From the NCBI GenBank assembly GCA_951406725.2, contig OX597830.1, forward strand, positions 29,574,001 to 29,638,000: a stretch of DNA of 64,000 bases, in the 5' to 3' direction. A program made the position numbers and the translations under genes. Below, piece by piece: positions 1 through 12,210 of the stretch. This DNA comes from Octopus vulgaris (taxonomy: Eukaryota). Position 1 is the stretch's first letter. Each line of letters begins with the position of its first letter. The notes under the pieces are model-generated. The model saw nothing but the letters and a program-made list of their open reading frames with translations. It had not been told where the DNA came from and ran no database searches.

Positions 1-374
1 CAAACATTTTAGTTATTTTGGAGAGATGTCTTTTGTTTCAGTAGTATCGTACTCTCTACCGCTGAATGTAAATGAATTGCTTTGGCTTTCCTGCCTTTTT
101 ACACTTGAAGGTAAAAGAAAACTCTAGTGATATCATTCATTTCTAAGTCAATATGAAACTTGCTTCTCTTACTCAGTTGAGTTGCAATGGATCTTTTCAT
201 CATATTTCAAATCTCTTTGCCGATGTTTGACTGCTAAACGATATATCGACACTTATCATCTGTGTTTCGGCATATACCATAATCTTTGATTTTTTTAAAA
301 AATAGATCACATTCGATAATATTTGATATAATATTAAATATATTCAATTAATGATGTGAGCTAAATGAATCGTT

Positions 375-608
375 AGCATAACTTTTCCAAATTTCCGAAA
401 GAGTGAATTGCGTTATGATGCTATTTTTCTCACAGGGGTTTGAAGCTGCGCTTAGGTACATCACATTCTTTTTCAACATTCCTTGTTCTTATGCAGTTCC
501 TGTTATTCTCTCCAACGGACCCTACTATACTGCGTAGTCGACAAAATAATAAACAATGCGCATGCGATGAATTAAAAACATAAAATGGCGACAATCTACC
601 CATCACAC
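375..608 (-). mobile_element. Left-end fragment of the Tc1/mariner (maT-like) element also found at 3820
   Basis: The reverse complement of ~3822-3990 (…GGACCCTACTATACTGCGTAGTCGACAAAATAAT…ATGGCGACAATCTACC) is found here, with ~75 bp of unrelated sequence at ~436-511. Confidence 0.75.
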
Positions 609-671
609 TATCTATCTATCTATCTATCTATCTATATATCTATCTATCTATATATATATATATATATATAT

Positions 672-1576
672 ATTGCTAAGATGATCTGGTTCTTGACTGA
701 TGACTGAGGGCTTCGAATGTCCCGTCCTGTGGTTCTTGTGTCGTCTCTGTGGCGTTTCATGTTCTTGTCCATGTCTGTAATTATTTTTACTGTTTACCTA
801 TATAATCGGCGGCTACGTATCCACAATTGTCCTTATACGATAAGTATATTTTTTCTCAAGCATTGATACGACTCTTAATCTGTCTCTTTCTCTCTCTCTC
901 TCTCCTCCCTTATTCCCCTTCCTTTCTTTCCCTCTCCATCCGTCTTCCCCCCCCTTCTACGTTTCTCTATCTCTCTCACCTCCAGCCCCCTCGATCTGTC
1001 TCTTTCTTCTCCTCCCTCGTCCACCTTCTCTCTCTTTTCATCTGTCCCTTTCTCCTGTCTTTTGTTCTCACGTGACCGCTAGCCGCTGTTGAGCGCTCTT
1101 TTCGTTCCAGCAGCCGCCGAAGCAACACGTATTTGTTCGTCTCCCTGCGGCCATTAGGCACAACTTCATAAGCCAGCCCCATACTCAACTCGTCCTGTCG
1201 AAAGACCCTTGTCCTACGTCCTGGTTTTGTTTTGTTGTTTATTATTTTTTTATTTTTACCGTTATTGTTTTTACGTTTTTGTATTCTTATTGGTGTCACG
1301 TATTCTGTATTTTTGTTCGTGTACTTCGTTCGTTTTCCGTCCTCGTGTTGTATACATTCGAAGGTTTCTTCCAGGGGATCTAATGCGCTTGGCTTAGATT
1401 TCCCTTGGCGGGCTGCCCACATCGGAGCAATCTCAAGATTAATCAGCCGAAATTGCTAAGATGATCTGGTTCTTGACTGATGACTGAGGGCTTCGAATGT
1501 CCCGTCCTGTGGTTCTTGTGTCGTCTCTGTGGCGTTTCATGTTCTTGTCCATGTCTGTAATTATTTTTACTGTTTA

Positions 1577-1584
<8 letters not shown>
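672..1584 (+). mobile_element. Non-autonomous Penelope-like unit with a 133-bp terminal direct repeat (pseudo-LTR), inserted in a (TA)n tract
   Basis: 672-804 is identical to 1452-1584 (offset 780). Both outer ends merge into TA repeats. There is no TG..CA end or PBS, and the unit carries hammerhead core motifs. Confidence 0.7.
1411..1483 (+). ncRNA. Candidate rearranged (non-circularly permuted) hammerhead ribozyme
   Basis: Stems GGCTG/CAGCC, GCAAT/ATTGC and TCAAGA/TCTTGA; core GAAA (1449-1452) and CTGATGA (1477-1483); AUC triplet ending at 1432. Confidence 0.6.
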
Positions 1585-1668
<84 letters not shown>

Positions 1669-1721
1669 TAAATATATATATATATATAAATATATATATA
1701 TATAAATATATATATTTATAT

Positions 1722-2126
1722 GCGCAGGAGTGGCTGTGTGGTAAGTAGCTTGCTAACCAACCACATGGTTCCGGGTTCAGTCCCACTGCGTGGCATCTTG
1801 AGCAAGTGTCTTCTGCTATAGCCCCGGGCCGACCAATGCCTTGTGAGTGGATTTGGTAGACGGAAACTGAAAGAAGCCTGTCGTACATATGTATATATAT
1901 ATATGTATCTGTGTGTGTTTGTGTGTCTGTGTTTGTCCCCCTACCATTGCTTGACTACCGATGCTGGTGTGTTTACGTCCCCGTCACTTAGCGGTTCGGC
2001 AAAAAGAGACCGATAGAATAAGTACTGGGCTTACAAAAAGAATAAGTCCCGGGGTCGATTTGCTTGACTAAAGGCGGTGCTCCAGCATGGCCGCAGTCAA
2101 ATGACTGAAACAAGTAAAAAAAAAAA

Positions 2127-2128
<2 letters not shown>
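1722..2128 (+). mobile_element. tRNA-derived SINE family A, full length
   Basis: A-box-like TGGCTGTGTGG, B-box-like GGTTCAGTCCC, internal TA/TG tract, 3' GGCGGTGCTCCAGCATGGCCGCAGTCAAATGACTGAAAC plus A tail; more than 10 copies in the window. Confidence 0.9.
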
Positions 2129-2166
<38 letters not shown>

Positions 2167-2884
2167 TAGGTTAGTAGGTATATGTATATATACATGCACG
2201 CATTGCTCTTGTACATTCAGTTTTATTTCTTTTCATCGAATTTTCACAGGACAGTGAATTAACCAGCAAATGCTCTTGGCCTTCTGACTCGAATTTTGAA
2301 CTGAGAAATGGGTTTAGATTGGATAAGAGCAATACATTGCTCTTATACAGGGTGCGATGTACATAATCAGAAATTACGAACGGAAAAGCTATATGTTTTT
2401 GTTAAAGCATTTATGAAGTGTAAAATGCCATGCTAAACATTAAATAGCAATAAACAGTTTCGATGAGTCAACATGGAAGCCAATGCCCATTTGCATTTAT
2501 TTCTAAACTAGCTGAGAATTATGTTTCAAATTATACATTAATATCTTGAGAAAGGAAAATATACGGCGTGTATAGTTAATCAGTGATAACTTGCAGTAAA
2601 ATTGCAGCAACCGTAAACTATCATAACGAAATAACAAGGGTAATTTTTGTAGTGCACCAACCGATATAAATAACAGATGTTCCTAAAGTTCATATGATAA
2701 TCTTATTTTAAAAAGTTAGGTGTAGATTTTATAGTTCATTGACTGAAACGAAATATAAATATATACATATACACGATTTAGGTACGTCTGCAGTTGACTG
2801 AATCTCACTTTTCAACAGCGCGAAGTGTTTATCACATTGAAAAGTCATCAAAGAGAGTAATTTCTATTTAGCGTAGTACTACGA

Positions 2885-3262
2885 AACTCAGTCGGTTACA
2901 CCATCGAGGGTTCCGGTTGATCCAATCAACGGAACAGCCAGCTCGTGAAATTAACGTGCAAATGGCTGAGAATATTCCACAGGCACGTGTATCCTTAACG
3001 TAGTTCTCGGAGATATTCACCGTGACAGAGAGTGTGACGAGGCTGGCCCTTTCAAATACAGGTACAACAGGAACAGGAAGAAAGAGTGAGAGAAAATTGT
3101 GATGAAAGAGCACAGCGAGGTTCACCACCACCCCATATCGGATCCTCATGGAGCTTTAAGAGTTTTCCCTCAATAAACATTCAGAACGCCCGGTTTTGGA
3201 ATCGAAACCGTGATCCAAATTACCGCGAGTCCGCTGCCCTAACCACTGGGCCATTGCACCTG
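2885..3262 (-). mobile_element. tRNA-derived SINE family C
   Basis: Reverse complement of the 61667-62050 copy (head GCAATGGCCCAGTGGTTAGGGCAGCGGACTCGCG). Confidence 0.85.
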
Positions 3263-3759
3263 CACATCTAACGTACTAGATATGAAGTGAAATGAAACTC
3301 GACTGGCGTCTTCAAGAAGATTTAAATTAAAACATCTCAAATAGACTGAAATTAGAAATAAAATAATTGAAGTGGCATTCAAACGTTGTAGAATATATGT
3401 GTTATAATCTTCCTCAAGGCTGCAAGCCCAAGAATCCAGAGATTATCCAGATTTTCAAACTGTTTAGGTGAATGAGCTTACAAACACATTCGGCCGTACT
3501 TTACTCCGTCAAGTTATCGTTGATGGTAATTTTAGGTGAAGAAGACTTGTGGAAGGTGTAAAGGAAAACGTAGCTCAAAAACAAAACAAAGTATTCACCA
3601 AGCCTCCAATCTAAACCCATTCCTCAGTTCAAAACACGAGTCAGAAGGCCAAGAGCATTTGCTTGTTAATTCACTGTCCTGTAAAAAATCGATGAAAAGA
3701 AATAAAACCGAATGTACAAGAGCAATGTGTGCATGTATATATACATATACCTACTAACC

Positions 3760-3819
<60 letters not shown>

Positions 3820-3822
<3 letters not shown>

Positions 3823-4580
3823 GGTGCGATTGGTAGATTGTCGCCATTTTATGTTTTTAATTTCGCGCATGCGCATTGTTTATTATTTTGTCGACTACGC
3901 AGTATAGTAGGGTCCATTGGGCACCGTCTGCGAGAAAAACAGCACCATAACACAATTCACTCTTTCGGAAATCGGGAAAAGACATGCTGTAATATTTGAC
4001 ATTCGCGCCGAAAGCTCCAATACGAACATTTCAGAGTGTTTTAGTGTCAATCTGAGGACAGTGCATCTGAGGACATGTACTGAGAGTGATAAAAATAAAA
4101 CATCCAGTCAAGATCAGGGTGTTTGGAGTGATTACTAGTGATGGTGACGGTATGCCTCCATTCTTCTTCCCACACGATCTCAGACTCAACACGGAGTCCT
4201 ACATCAAGTGCCTGGAGGAGGTAATTTTGCCTTGTGTCAAGACGGTGGCTGCTGGAAGCCCTATGTCTGGCAGCAAGACTCTGCATCATGCTACATAACC
4301 TGAAGAACCCACTCATGGCTGTCGGGCAATTTCTGCGACCACATTACCCCTAACCTCTGGCCGTCTAGCTCCCCAGCCTACAACCCCTCTGATTATTATA
4401 TGTGGGGCGCAGTTGTGCGAGATACCAACAAAACTCCTTGTAACACCAAAGATCAACTGAAGACAAGGATTATGGCAGCATTCACAAGGTGACTGCCCAG
4501 AAGAGTTGCAGGCGAATCCGAAGTCGTCAGGAGGCCGAGGTTGAAGCCAAGGGCGATTTTATTGAAAGAATTCACTCTTT
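3820..4580 (+). mobile_element. Internally deleted Tc1/mariner transposon, DD37D (maT)-like transposase remnant
   Basis: TA|CAGGGTG end. ORF 4086-4298 (VFGVITSDGD.MPPFFF…YIKCLEEV) is followed by frameshifted WQQDS, WP.SSP..NP.DYY.WG motifs. Confidence 0.8.
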
Positions 4581-4584
4581 GTGT

Positions 4585-5100
4585 ATTTGAAACCTTTGAA
4601 CAACCTGAAGTCGGTACGAGAAGAGCTTTATCACTCTCTGAGTCATCCGCTGGACTGAGCTTTTGTTGACGCTAAGTTCCAGTGCAGTCCTCCGCATGGA
4701 CTTCCACTGGCTTTCCGCGAACGCCCGCTTCAAGAATCCGGTGTTTTAATCAGTGACGGTAGTAGCAGTCCTTCCGCTGCGTGGTTTATCAAGAACAGCT
4801 CTTCTTTTGAGAAACTTCTTATGGATAGCATAAATTGTGCTACGCGTTGGAGCAGTGTGACAGACATAAACCTTCTCAAACATGCGCTGGACGGCGGTAG
4901 GGGACTGAAAAAGTTCTTCCCAGGCGGCAACTATGCAACGTTGCTCTAACATCAGTTGGCGAGCCATGGGCAAGGGAATGATGCGCTTACAAAAACTGCA
5001 AGGTCTAAGGTGTCAAAGGATGATGGCTTCATGTCTCTCCGAATGATACCTGAAACGAAACAGAAAAAAGGAAGCGTATAGAGACTCTTGCGACACCCTG
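4585..5100 (-). mobile_element. N-terminal remnant of a second Tc1/mariner-superfamily transposase (DUF4817-like HTH) with its CAGGGTG end
   Basis: ORF 4746-4973 (SPTAVQRMF…PTRSTIYAIHKKF…LDKPRSGR) has the typical HTH and RSGR linker; the element ends CACCCTG at 5100. Confidence 0.75.
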
Positions 5101-5253
5101 TGTATATACATATGCCTTTAATCTTATACTTTTCAGTCGTCTAATTGCGGACATTCTAGAGCATTATCTTTAGGAATTTTAACCGAATTAATCGAGCCCA
5201 CTAGCTATTCTTTCAAAGCATGATACTCTGTCGATTTCATTTACCGAACCAAA

Positions 5254-5470
5254 CGCACTCTTAGAAATAGACTTACTATTCATAAACAACAAATACGAGA
5301 CCCAAGAGCGATGAAGATATCATTTAGTGAACACATAGACATGTGAAAAATATAAGTCTCCCTAATTCCAATTTTTCTACTTTACCTTTGTGAAGTCAAA
5401 ACCAAAAGACCAAGCAGGATTAACAAAGAAAATATATTCATAGAAATATACAAACCAAGACTGAGCACTC
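5254..5470 (+). pseudogene. Penelope-like GIY-YIG endonuclease C-terminal fragment
   Basis: Translates as TLRNRLTIHKQQIRDP…FSEHID…RINKENIFIEIYKPRL, homologous to the end of the 36456-36803 ORF. Confidence 0.7.
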
Positions 5471-6524
5471 TTCAACACACTGCATTCACGAACAACTGTT
5501 TACGCACAGACTCATTCTACTGCTTGGCATGATGAATTTATATCGACAACAGCCTTTATTTTGGACACAATAATGGCTGCTAACTAGCAGATTCTACATA
5601 TACATAAGTGTTGAATGGTTTCGTAAAAGACATTTAGTAGCTAATTTAATGCCCGCGTACAGAACACAAAATATAGCTATTCAGCTACTAAACTACATAG
5701 AAACAACTTCTGTCCACTCTACCACTCGACAGATTAATTTAGAGAACTTTATTTTGCGACTGTCATGAGACATGTTCATTCAACCGTGTCAGCCTTGATT
5801 TTCGGTGCAAAAATATTTTCACATATTAACGCACTGACGTAGTGGAGAACTTACAAAAATTTCTATACACGAGATCTTCCTTACTTCATTTGACAGATAC
5901 AATTTCGACAATACTGACTGCTAGAAATTTCTACAAGAGATGTTCACTCAACCATGACTGTTTTAATATGCCCAAGCATATTGTCACATGATATTAAAAA
6001 GCTCCACGTCTTTGTCTCTCAACATTTGAAAATCAGTGAAACGAGGAACCGGTTCAGTCTTTAAAGATTTAACGTAAGATTCCTCGCCAGTCATCGTTCG
6101 AAGTACCCTTAAAATTTCACGCCTTTAGCGTTAATATTTTTCAGTTTTGGTGGCGTCACGAGCGAGAGGCTGCTAGTGAGAGCGAGCGAATGCAGGGGAC
6201 AGTGACGAAAACAAACCCGACACAAATGTGAATATACAAACAGAGCAAAATATAAAAAAAAAAAAAATAAGGCATGAGGTACACACATACATACAAACAT
6301 ACGGACACACACAGACACACACACAAGGACACACCGAAACAAAAGCCTGTTGTGAAGTAAACGGAGGGATATGGAGAATAATTGGAGAATAATTCGTTAG
6401 ATGGTCGCTTCATCGCTCTAACAATGGTATAAAACAAGCTTATGAGAATTTTTAGTAATAATATATTAATTAAAAGAAGTAACACAAACGCACACACACA
6501 CGCACGCCCATATATTATCTTATT

Positions 6525-6820
6525 TATGCGCCCTTTTCAAGCCTAGCCAGGCTCATGGTCCCGGTTTCCCGGTTTCTGTGACGTATGTATTCCCCTCAAG
6601 CTGGACGCGATGGCCGTCCATCGCAGCGTTACTCAAGAAACAGGAAGAAAGAGTGTGAGAAAGATGGGGCGAATGAGTACAACAGGGGTCCCCCCACTCT
6701 GGGAACGTCGTGGATTTTAGGTGTTTTCGCCCAATAAACACACACCGCCCGGTTTGGGGATCGAAACCGAGATCATCCGAACGCGAGTCAACTGCCCTAA
6801 CCACTGGTCCATTGCCACTC

Positions 6821-6821
<1 letters not shown>
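6525..6821 (-). mobile_element. SINE family C head with an alternative tail
   Basis: The head matches 61667. The tail (CCGGTTTCCCGGTTTCT…CTGGACG) is shared with the 48920-49155 copy. Confidence 0.8.
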
Positions 6822-6911
<90 letters not shown>

Positions 6912-6979
6912 GCGTCCAATAATACTTTATTTGTTCCACATCCTCGCGTTGTTGTCTTTTTGTTTTCTTGTTTGGATTA

Positions 6980-7031
<52 letters not shown>

Positions 7032-7371
7032 GAGAGAGAGAGAGAGAGAGAGAAAGGGGCAGAGAGACATACAGATAGACAATTAGAGTGTGTGATAGAT
7101 AAAGACTTATATAGATTGACAGAGACATAAGAAAAATACATAAATATATAAATTGAACAAATAAATAGATTTATATTAGGTTTGAAACCTCAACAGAGTT
7201 ATTTTTGATACGCCATGTTGAAGGCAGCTGTCCAGAATCTCAAAATTTTAATGTTAGTCTTGACACGAGAGAAGCAGTAGCGAGATAAGGCTGCGACTAA
7301 TTTCTCTCAGCCATAAACAAGATATTTAGCAATGTAAATAAACATGGAAATAATAGCAACCAAACATTAGC

Positions 7372-7428
<57 letters not shown>

Positions 7429-8269
7429 CACATACCCTGACACATAGACAATAAAACGTAGAGTTACATTGTTCCGCACACATATTTGAAAGGATGAACG
7501 TTTTTCAATGTAGGCAAAGGCGTCTAAGATTGTCTATCTGTCTGACTTAAGTAGTATGGGGAACTACAGATTCCTCGCCAACAAAAAATTCGGAAGACAA
7601 AAGTATATTTTAGTCTCACCTACGTGCGTTTGGTGCCGAGCTGTATGTGTTAATCCCTGAGGAAATGAGGCCTCGTCCTGGTTACGGTGTCTGCTGTATT
7701 CATTTCATCCGAATTACTTCACTAACTACCATCATTTCAAAGTAATTGTGCCAAAGTCGATGCCTCTCTGCTGTTCCTAGTACTCTTAGAAATAACACCC
7801 ATATTCTATTGAAATTATAATCTATTTAATTTCTTAAAAACAGGACACACTATGTAATGAAATATTGACTTCCGTGTGCTTAGAACTTAAAAGGTATTGT
7901 CGCAGCTGGAACGTTTTCGATCATAGGCTGTTTTTTTTATTAGATTGGCTCTTACTACGGCACAGAAGCTCAAAGATTTCCATTGCGAAGTGAAGGAATG
8001 CGTCTTTTATATCTGTGCTGTTAAGATTAACCTGGGGGTAAACTTGAACATCAATTAAAACTTAGGGGATTTTACGAGATAGTGACTGATTCTAACAGGG
8101 GACCGGTCTTACAGGTTAACTTGTTAAAAATAAGAATCAAATCTCGTATTGTCATATAATGAAATCGTATATATATCATGTACTTAAACTGAATCTTACT
8201 ACAGTCTCGCTGTGGCACAGCCTGGAAAGTGTTAGTGATAAATACCGATAGCAGTGTTTAATTTTATAC

Positions 8270-8546
8270 CTTGTGCTTATACTATCGGTCTCATTTTGCC
8301 GAACCAGTTGTCAAGTAGCGAGACACTGAAATAAGCTATCACACAGATACCCCACATGTGCACATGCAAATGCACAAATACATATAGATACGACGGATTC
8401 CTTCAGTTTCGTCAACCAAATCCATTCGCAAAAGTTTGGTCGACTGAAGGTTATTGTATAAGACACTTGCCGAACGTGCCACACAGTTGGACTGAACCCG
8501 AAACCATATCGTTCGGAAGAAAGGTTTTTAACACAAAGCCATGTCT
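8270..8546 (-). mobile_element. Degenerate SINE family A
   Basis: CTTCAGTTTCGTCAACCAAATCCATTC…AGACACTTGCC matches the family A reverse complement. Confidence 0.75.
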
Positions 8547-8941
8547 GCAACGAACTCTACAGGGGCCGAAGGGTAGATCGATAGAAAGATAATGTGACCG
8601 TATTTGCAATGTGTTTGATGAGAGCTGTGATAGATCAGTGTGGTCATCGGGCGAAACCACAACATTCATTTCTCCATATTGACCAAGCACTACCTTAACT
8701 TCTTTAAAGCCGACTGCTAAGCCAACCATTTCATGAGACGTGCCCGCTATTTGACGTTCGGGATAATATGAAGGTGATGAGAAAAGGTTTTGCTATTTTG
8801 AACACAAATCTGCTTATATTAAAGAAAATTACTTGACGCATAAAATAATCACAGATGTACATAACAGACACGCGGGCACAGACAGACTCACACCTACATT
8901 AGAATGAAATGTATATATCGTATATGGATATTTCAATATGT

Positions 8942-8999
<58 letters not shown>

Positions 9000-9316
9000 A
9001 CATGCACTCATGCACATGTATATACGGTATGAAGAACACACATGCTCATAGAAAGCTGAAATTAGACAGGAATAGAAAGAAAGAGGCAGGTATATGTTTC
9101 TTTGTCTTTAAGATTACCATTAAATTATATTCTAACACATTGATGAATTAGTTTTTTCCTTACTTTATTTCAAATTATTTCCAGTCCTCTTTCTGTTAAT
9201 TCTCTTTCAATATCTTTGATGAAAGAAACTAATCTTTGTTCATTCCCTCTACTTTCCCCCTCACTATCACTCCTCTCTCTTCAATTTTCTTTCGCCCTCT
9301 CGCTCTCTCTCAGAAG

Positions 9317-9392
<76 letters not shown>

Positions 9393-9550
9393 TGCATCCA
9401 TACATGCATTATACAAACACACATGTATCCCCACACGTACATGTACTTATCTTTATACACACACATGTGTGTTCTCGAACACATAAATGTGTATTTTGCT
9501 TGCAAATTCTCCACACCCTCCCATTCTCTCACTCTCTCTGTTCCCTTCTT

Positions 9551-9597
<47 letters not shown>

Positions 9598-9992
9598 ATC
9601 GTCCTGTCGCTGTATGTTTACACTTAATGTTATCTATTACATCAACGAAACCATTCCTTGAGGCTTCATTTCAAACAAGCAACATCTGTAAGCAGGATTA
9701 CAAACAGAATATATACCAGATATATCAGCGGGTGTTAGCAACTCACAGTAGCTAATCACTCAACAGAAAAATTCGTGTTTAGCGTCCTGTTATGTTTCAA
9801 ATCATTTACAGTACAGCCGTAATTTTTTTATAATTAGAGCCTTTCAAACAAGACGGCATTTTTGTTAATCTATTTTGAATAGTAACATAGATTTTAATTC
9901 GTATTTTATGTTTCATTTATTTAAATATCTAAACAACTTATCTCTCTCCTTCTCTCCCCATGTATATAATATATTTATACCATACACACATA

Positions 9993-10037
<45 letters not shown>

Positions 10038-10054
10038 TATAATATTGTATACAT

Positions 10055-10220
10055 AGGCGCAGGCGTGACTGTATGGTAAGCAGCTTGCCTCCCAATGACA
10101 TAGTTCCAGATTCAGTCCCACTGCACAGCACCTTGGGCTGGTGTCTTATGCTCAACCCTCGGACCGACTACAGCCTTGTGGGTGCATTTTGTAGATGGAA
10201 ACTGAAAGGAATCCATCGTA
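10055..10220 (+). mobile_element. SINE family A, 5' half
   Basis: AGGCGCAGGCGTGACTGTATGGTAAG…TTCAGTCCCACTGC…GGAAACTGAAAG. Confidence 0.8.
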
Positions 10221-10500
10221 TACTGAACAGTATATACATACAGGATACAATCACATTTTTTTAATAGCAGAAAAAAATTGCCTCAGCCAGCAATTTTTTC
10301 TGCTTTAAAAAAAGGATCTTATCCAATATATATGTGTGTGTGTGAGTGTGTGTATGTTTGTGCGTGTGTGAGTGTGTCTGTGTGTGTGTGTGTGTCCGTG
10401 CGTGTGCGTGTTTGCGCACGCGCGCGTGTCTGAACAGTTCAGTATTTACGCTTTGAATAAAATTTATCTTTCTACTTGCTCTCTCTCTCTCTCTCTCTCT

Positions 10501-10549
<49 letters not shown>

Positions 10550-10590
10550 AATATATATATATATACACACACCCCACACATATATATGTG

Positions 10591-10639
<49 letters not shown>

Positions 10640-10732
10640 GGAGAATTCACACAAAAAAAAACAAAAGACGAAGATAGGTAGTGTAGCGAACAAACAGATG
10701 TATTAGTATAACGCTCTGGAAGAGAAAAAAGT

Positions 10733-10768
10733 CTTTAACGTTTCGAGCCTACGCTCTTCTACAGAAAG
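10733..10768 (-). ncRNA. Minimal type I hammerhead-like motif (variant core)
   Basis: Minus strand reads CTTT-CTGTAGAA-GAGC-gtag-GCTC-GAAA-CGTT-AAAG, with an ACGT palindromic stem III. Confidence 0.5.
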
Positions 10769-10839
10769 GAACATAGAAAGAAACAAGGAGAGAAAATAAA
10801 GAGAGAAAATATATGTTTACATATATGTATGTATATATG

Positions 10840-10897
<58 letters not shown>

Positions 10898-11029
10898 TTA
10901 ATAACACGCCATTTAAATCTTCGTCGATTCCTCCGTGGTGCTGTTTTGCATTTAAAATAAAGTATATAGAAATCATAAAAGTAATAAAGAAAAATATACA
11001 GTACAGCACTTTTTCTACCTCGCGGATTT

Positions 11030-11760
11030 TCACCTATCGCGGTGTAGGAGGTGGAACATAACACCCGTGATATTCGAGGGATTACTGTAAATGAAAAAAG
11101 TATAAAATACTAAAAAACGTACACGTAGGAAAGACAGACAAGAACCCTAATTCTTCATCAGTTGATAACCGAAATGTTAATACTCAGTTTCATACCTTTA
11201 ATGATATGACAGTACTTCGCTCATCGGCGGCACCCACAAAATTTTCGGAGAATTCGGGCTCAAGCAAACAAAACTGTACAGAGTGGACGTAGGAAAGTTA
11301 ACAAAACTGTAATTTAAAACGCTTGGCGAAGACGGAATAAATACGACCTTTTGCCCAAACAGAAGCGAATGACGGTTAACGCCTTGAAGGAATCCTGAAT
11401 GGATATAGAAAGAGAAATAGCGAGAAAGGAGATAGATATCTACAAGCAAGTTAAGCGCCCAGTGCGAAAAGGTAGAGAGATGAGAAAATTAGTCACGGGT
11501 CACGTGTGGACAGTAGTTAGAGGGGAAGGAGGATAAGAGAAACGGAGCTAGAGAGAGTGCGCTAGAGAGAACAGGCAAGGAAGGAAGGGAGGAAGTCTAC
11601 AATTACAAAAGATAGAGCGAGAGAGAGGAAGAGAGGAAGTTGGGATGCTAGAAAAAAAACGTGTGAGGACAAGACACAAAAAAAGAGGATAGAGTCGTAA
11701 AAATATATAAAAAAAACTTACTGTTAACAAAAATCGGGGTGCATGACTTTCAGTTACTCA
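11030..11760 (-). mobile_element. Penelope-like non-coding unit with a degenerate permuted-hammerhead motif
   Basis: Same layout as 672-1584: CT-rich block, CACGTGACC motif, then GAAAC…CTGATGA at 11155-11233. Confidence 0.45.
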
Positions 11761-11914
11761 ATATAATGAAAAATGAATTAAATACAAAAAAATCACACAC
11801 ACACATATAGTTATATATGTGTGTGTGTGATTTTTGTATATATATATGCATATATGTGATTTTCGTATATATATGTATATATGTATATATATACACACAA
11901 ATAAATGTGTATAC

Positions 11915-11948
<34 letters not shown>

Positions 11949-11985
11949 TCTGTCTTCCCTTCTCGGGATCTTTCCTTCTCCTTTG

Positions 11986-12018
11986 TTTCCGACGAAGAGC
12001 TCCGCTCGAAACGTTAAG
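11986..12018 (+). ncRNA. Minimal type I hammerhead-like motif
   Basis: TTT-CCGACGAA-GAGC-tcc-GCTC-GAAA-CGTT-AAG. The downstream tail at 12042-12118 is repeated at 6911-6983. Confidence 0.5.
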
Positions 12019-12144
12019 CCCTCCTTCTTCCCACCTTCCTGAGCGTCCAATAATACTTTATTTGTTCCACGTCCTCGCGTTGCTGTGTTTTTTAGTGTTT
12101 CCTTGTTTGGATTAACTATATATATATATATATATGAATCAGAG

Positions 12145-12210
12145 GAGGACGCCTGATGAGGGCTGGAATGTACAGCAGCCGAAACAGGATGATAAACAAC
12201 AGTTCGTTCT
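12145..12210 (+). ncRNA. Hammerhead core with degenerate stem III
   Basis: AGGACG-c-CTGATGAG-GGCTG…CAGCC-GAAAC…GTT-CGTTCT. Confidence 0.45.

Noticed and set aside
672-1584. LTR retrotransposon or TRIM
   Set aside because: There are no TG..CA termini, PBS, PPT or discrete TSD; a Penelope-type partial tandem fits better.
6028-6095. Possible hammerhead (GAAACGAGGAA…TTCCTCG)
   Set aside because: A 7-bp helix is present, but there is no credible CUGANGA core, stem I or NUH site.
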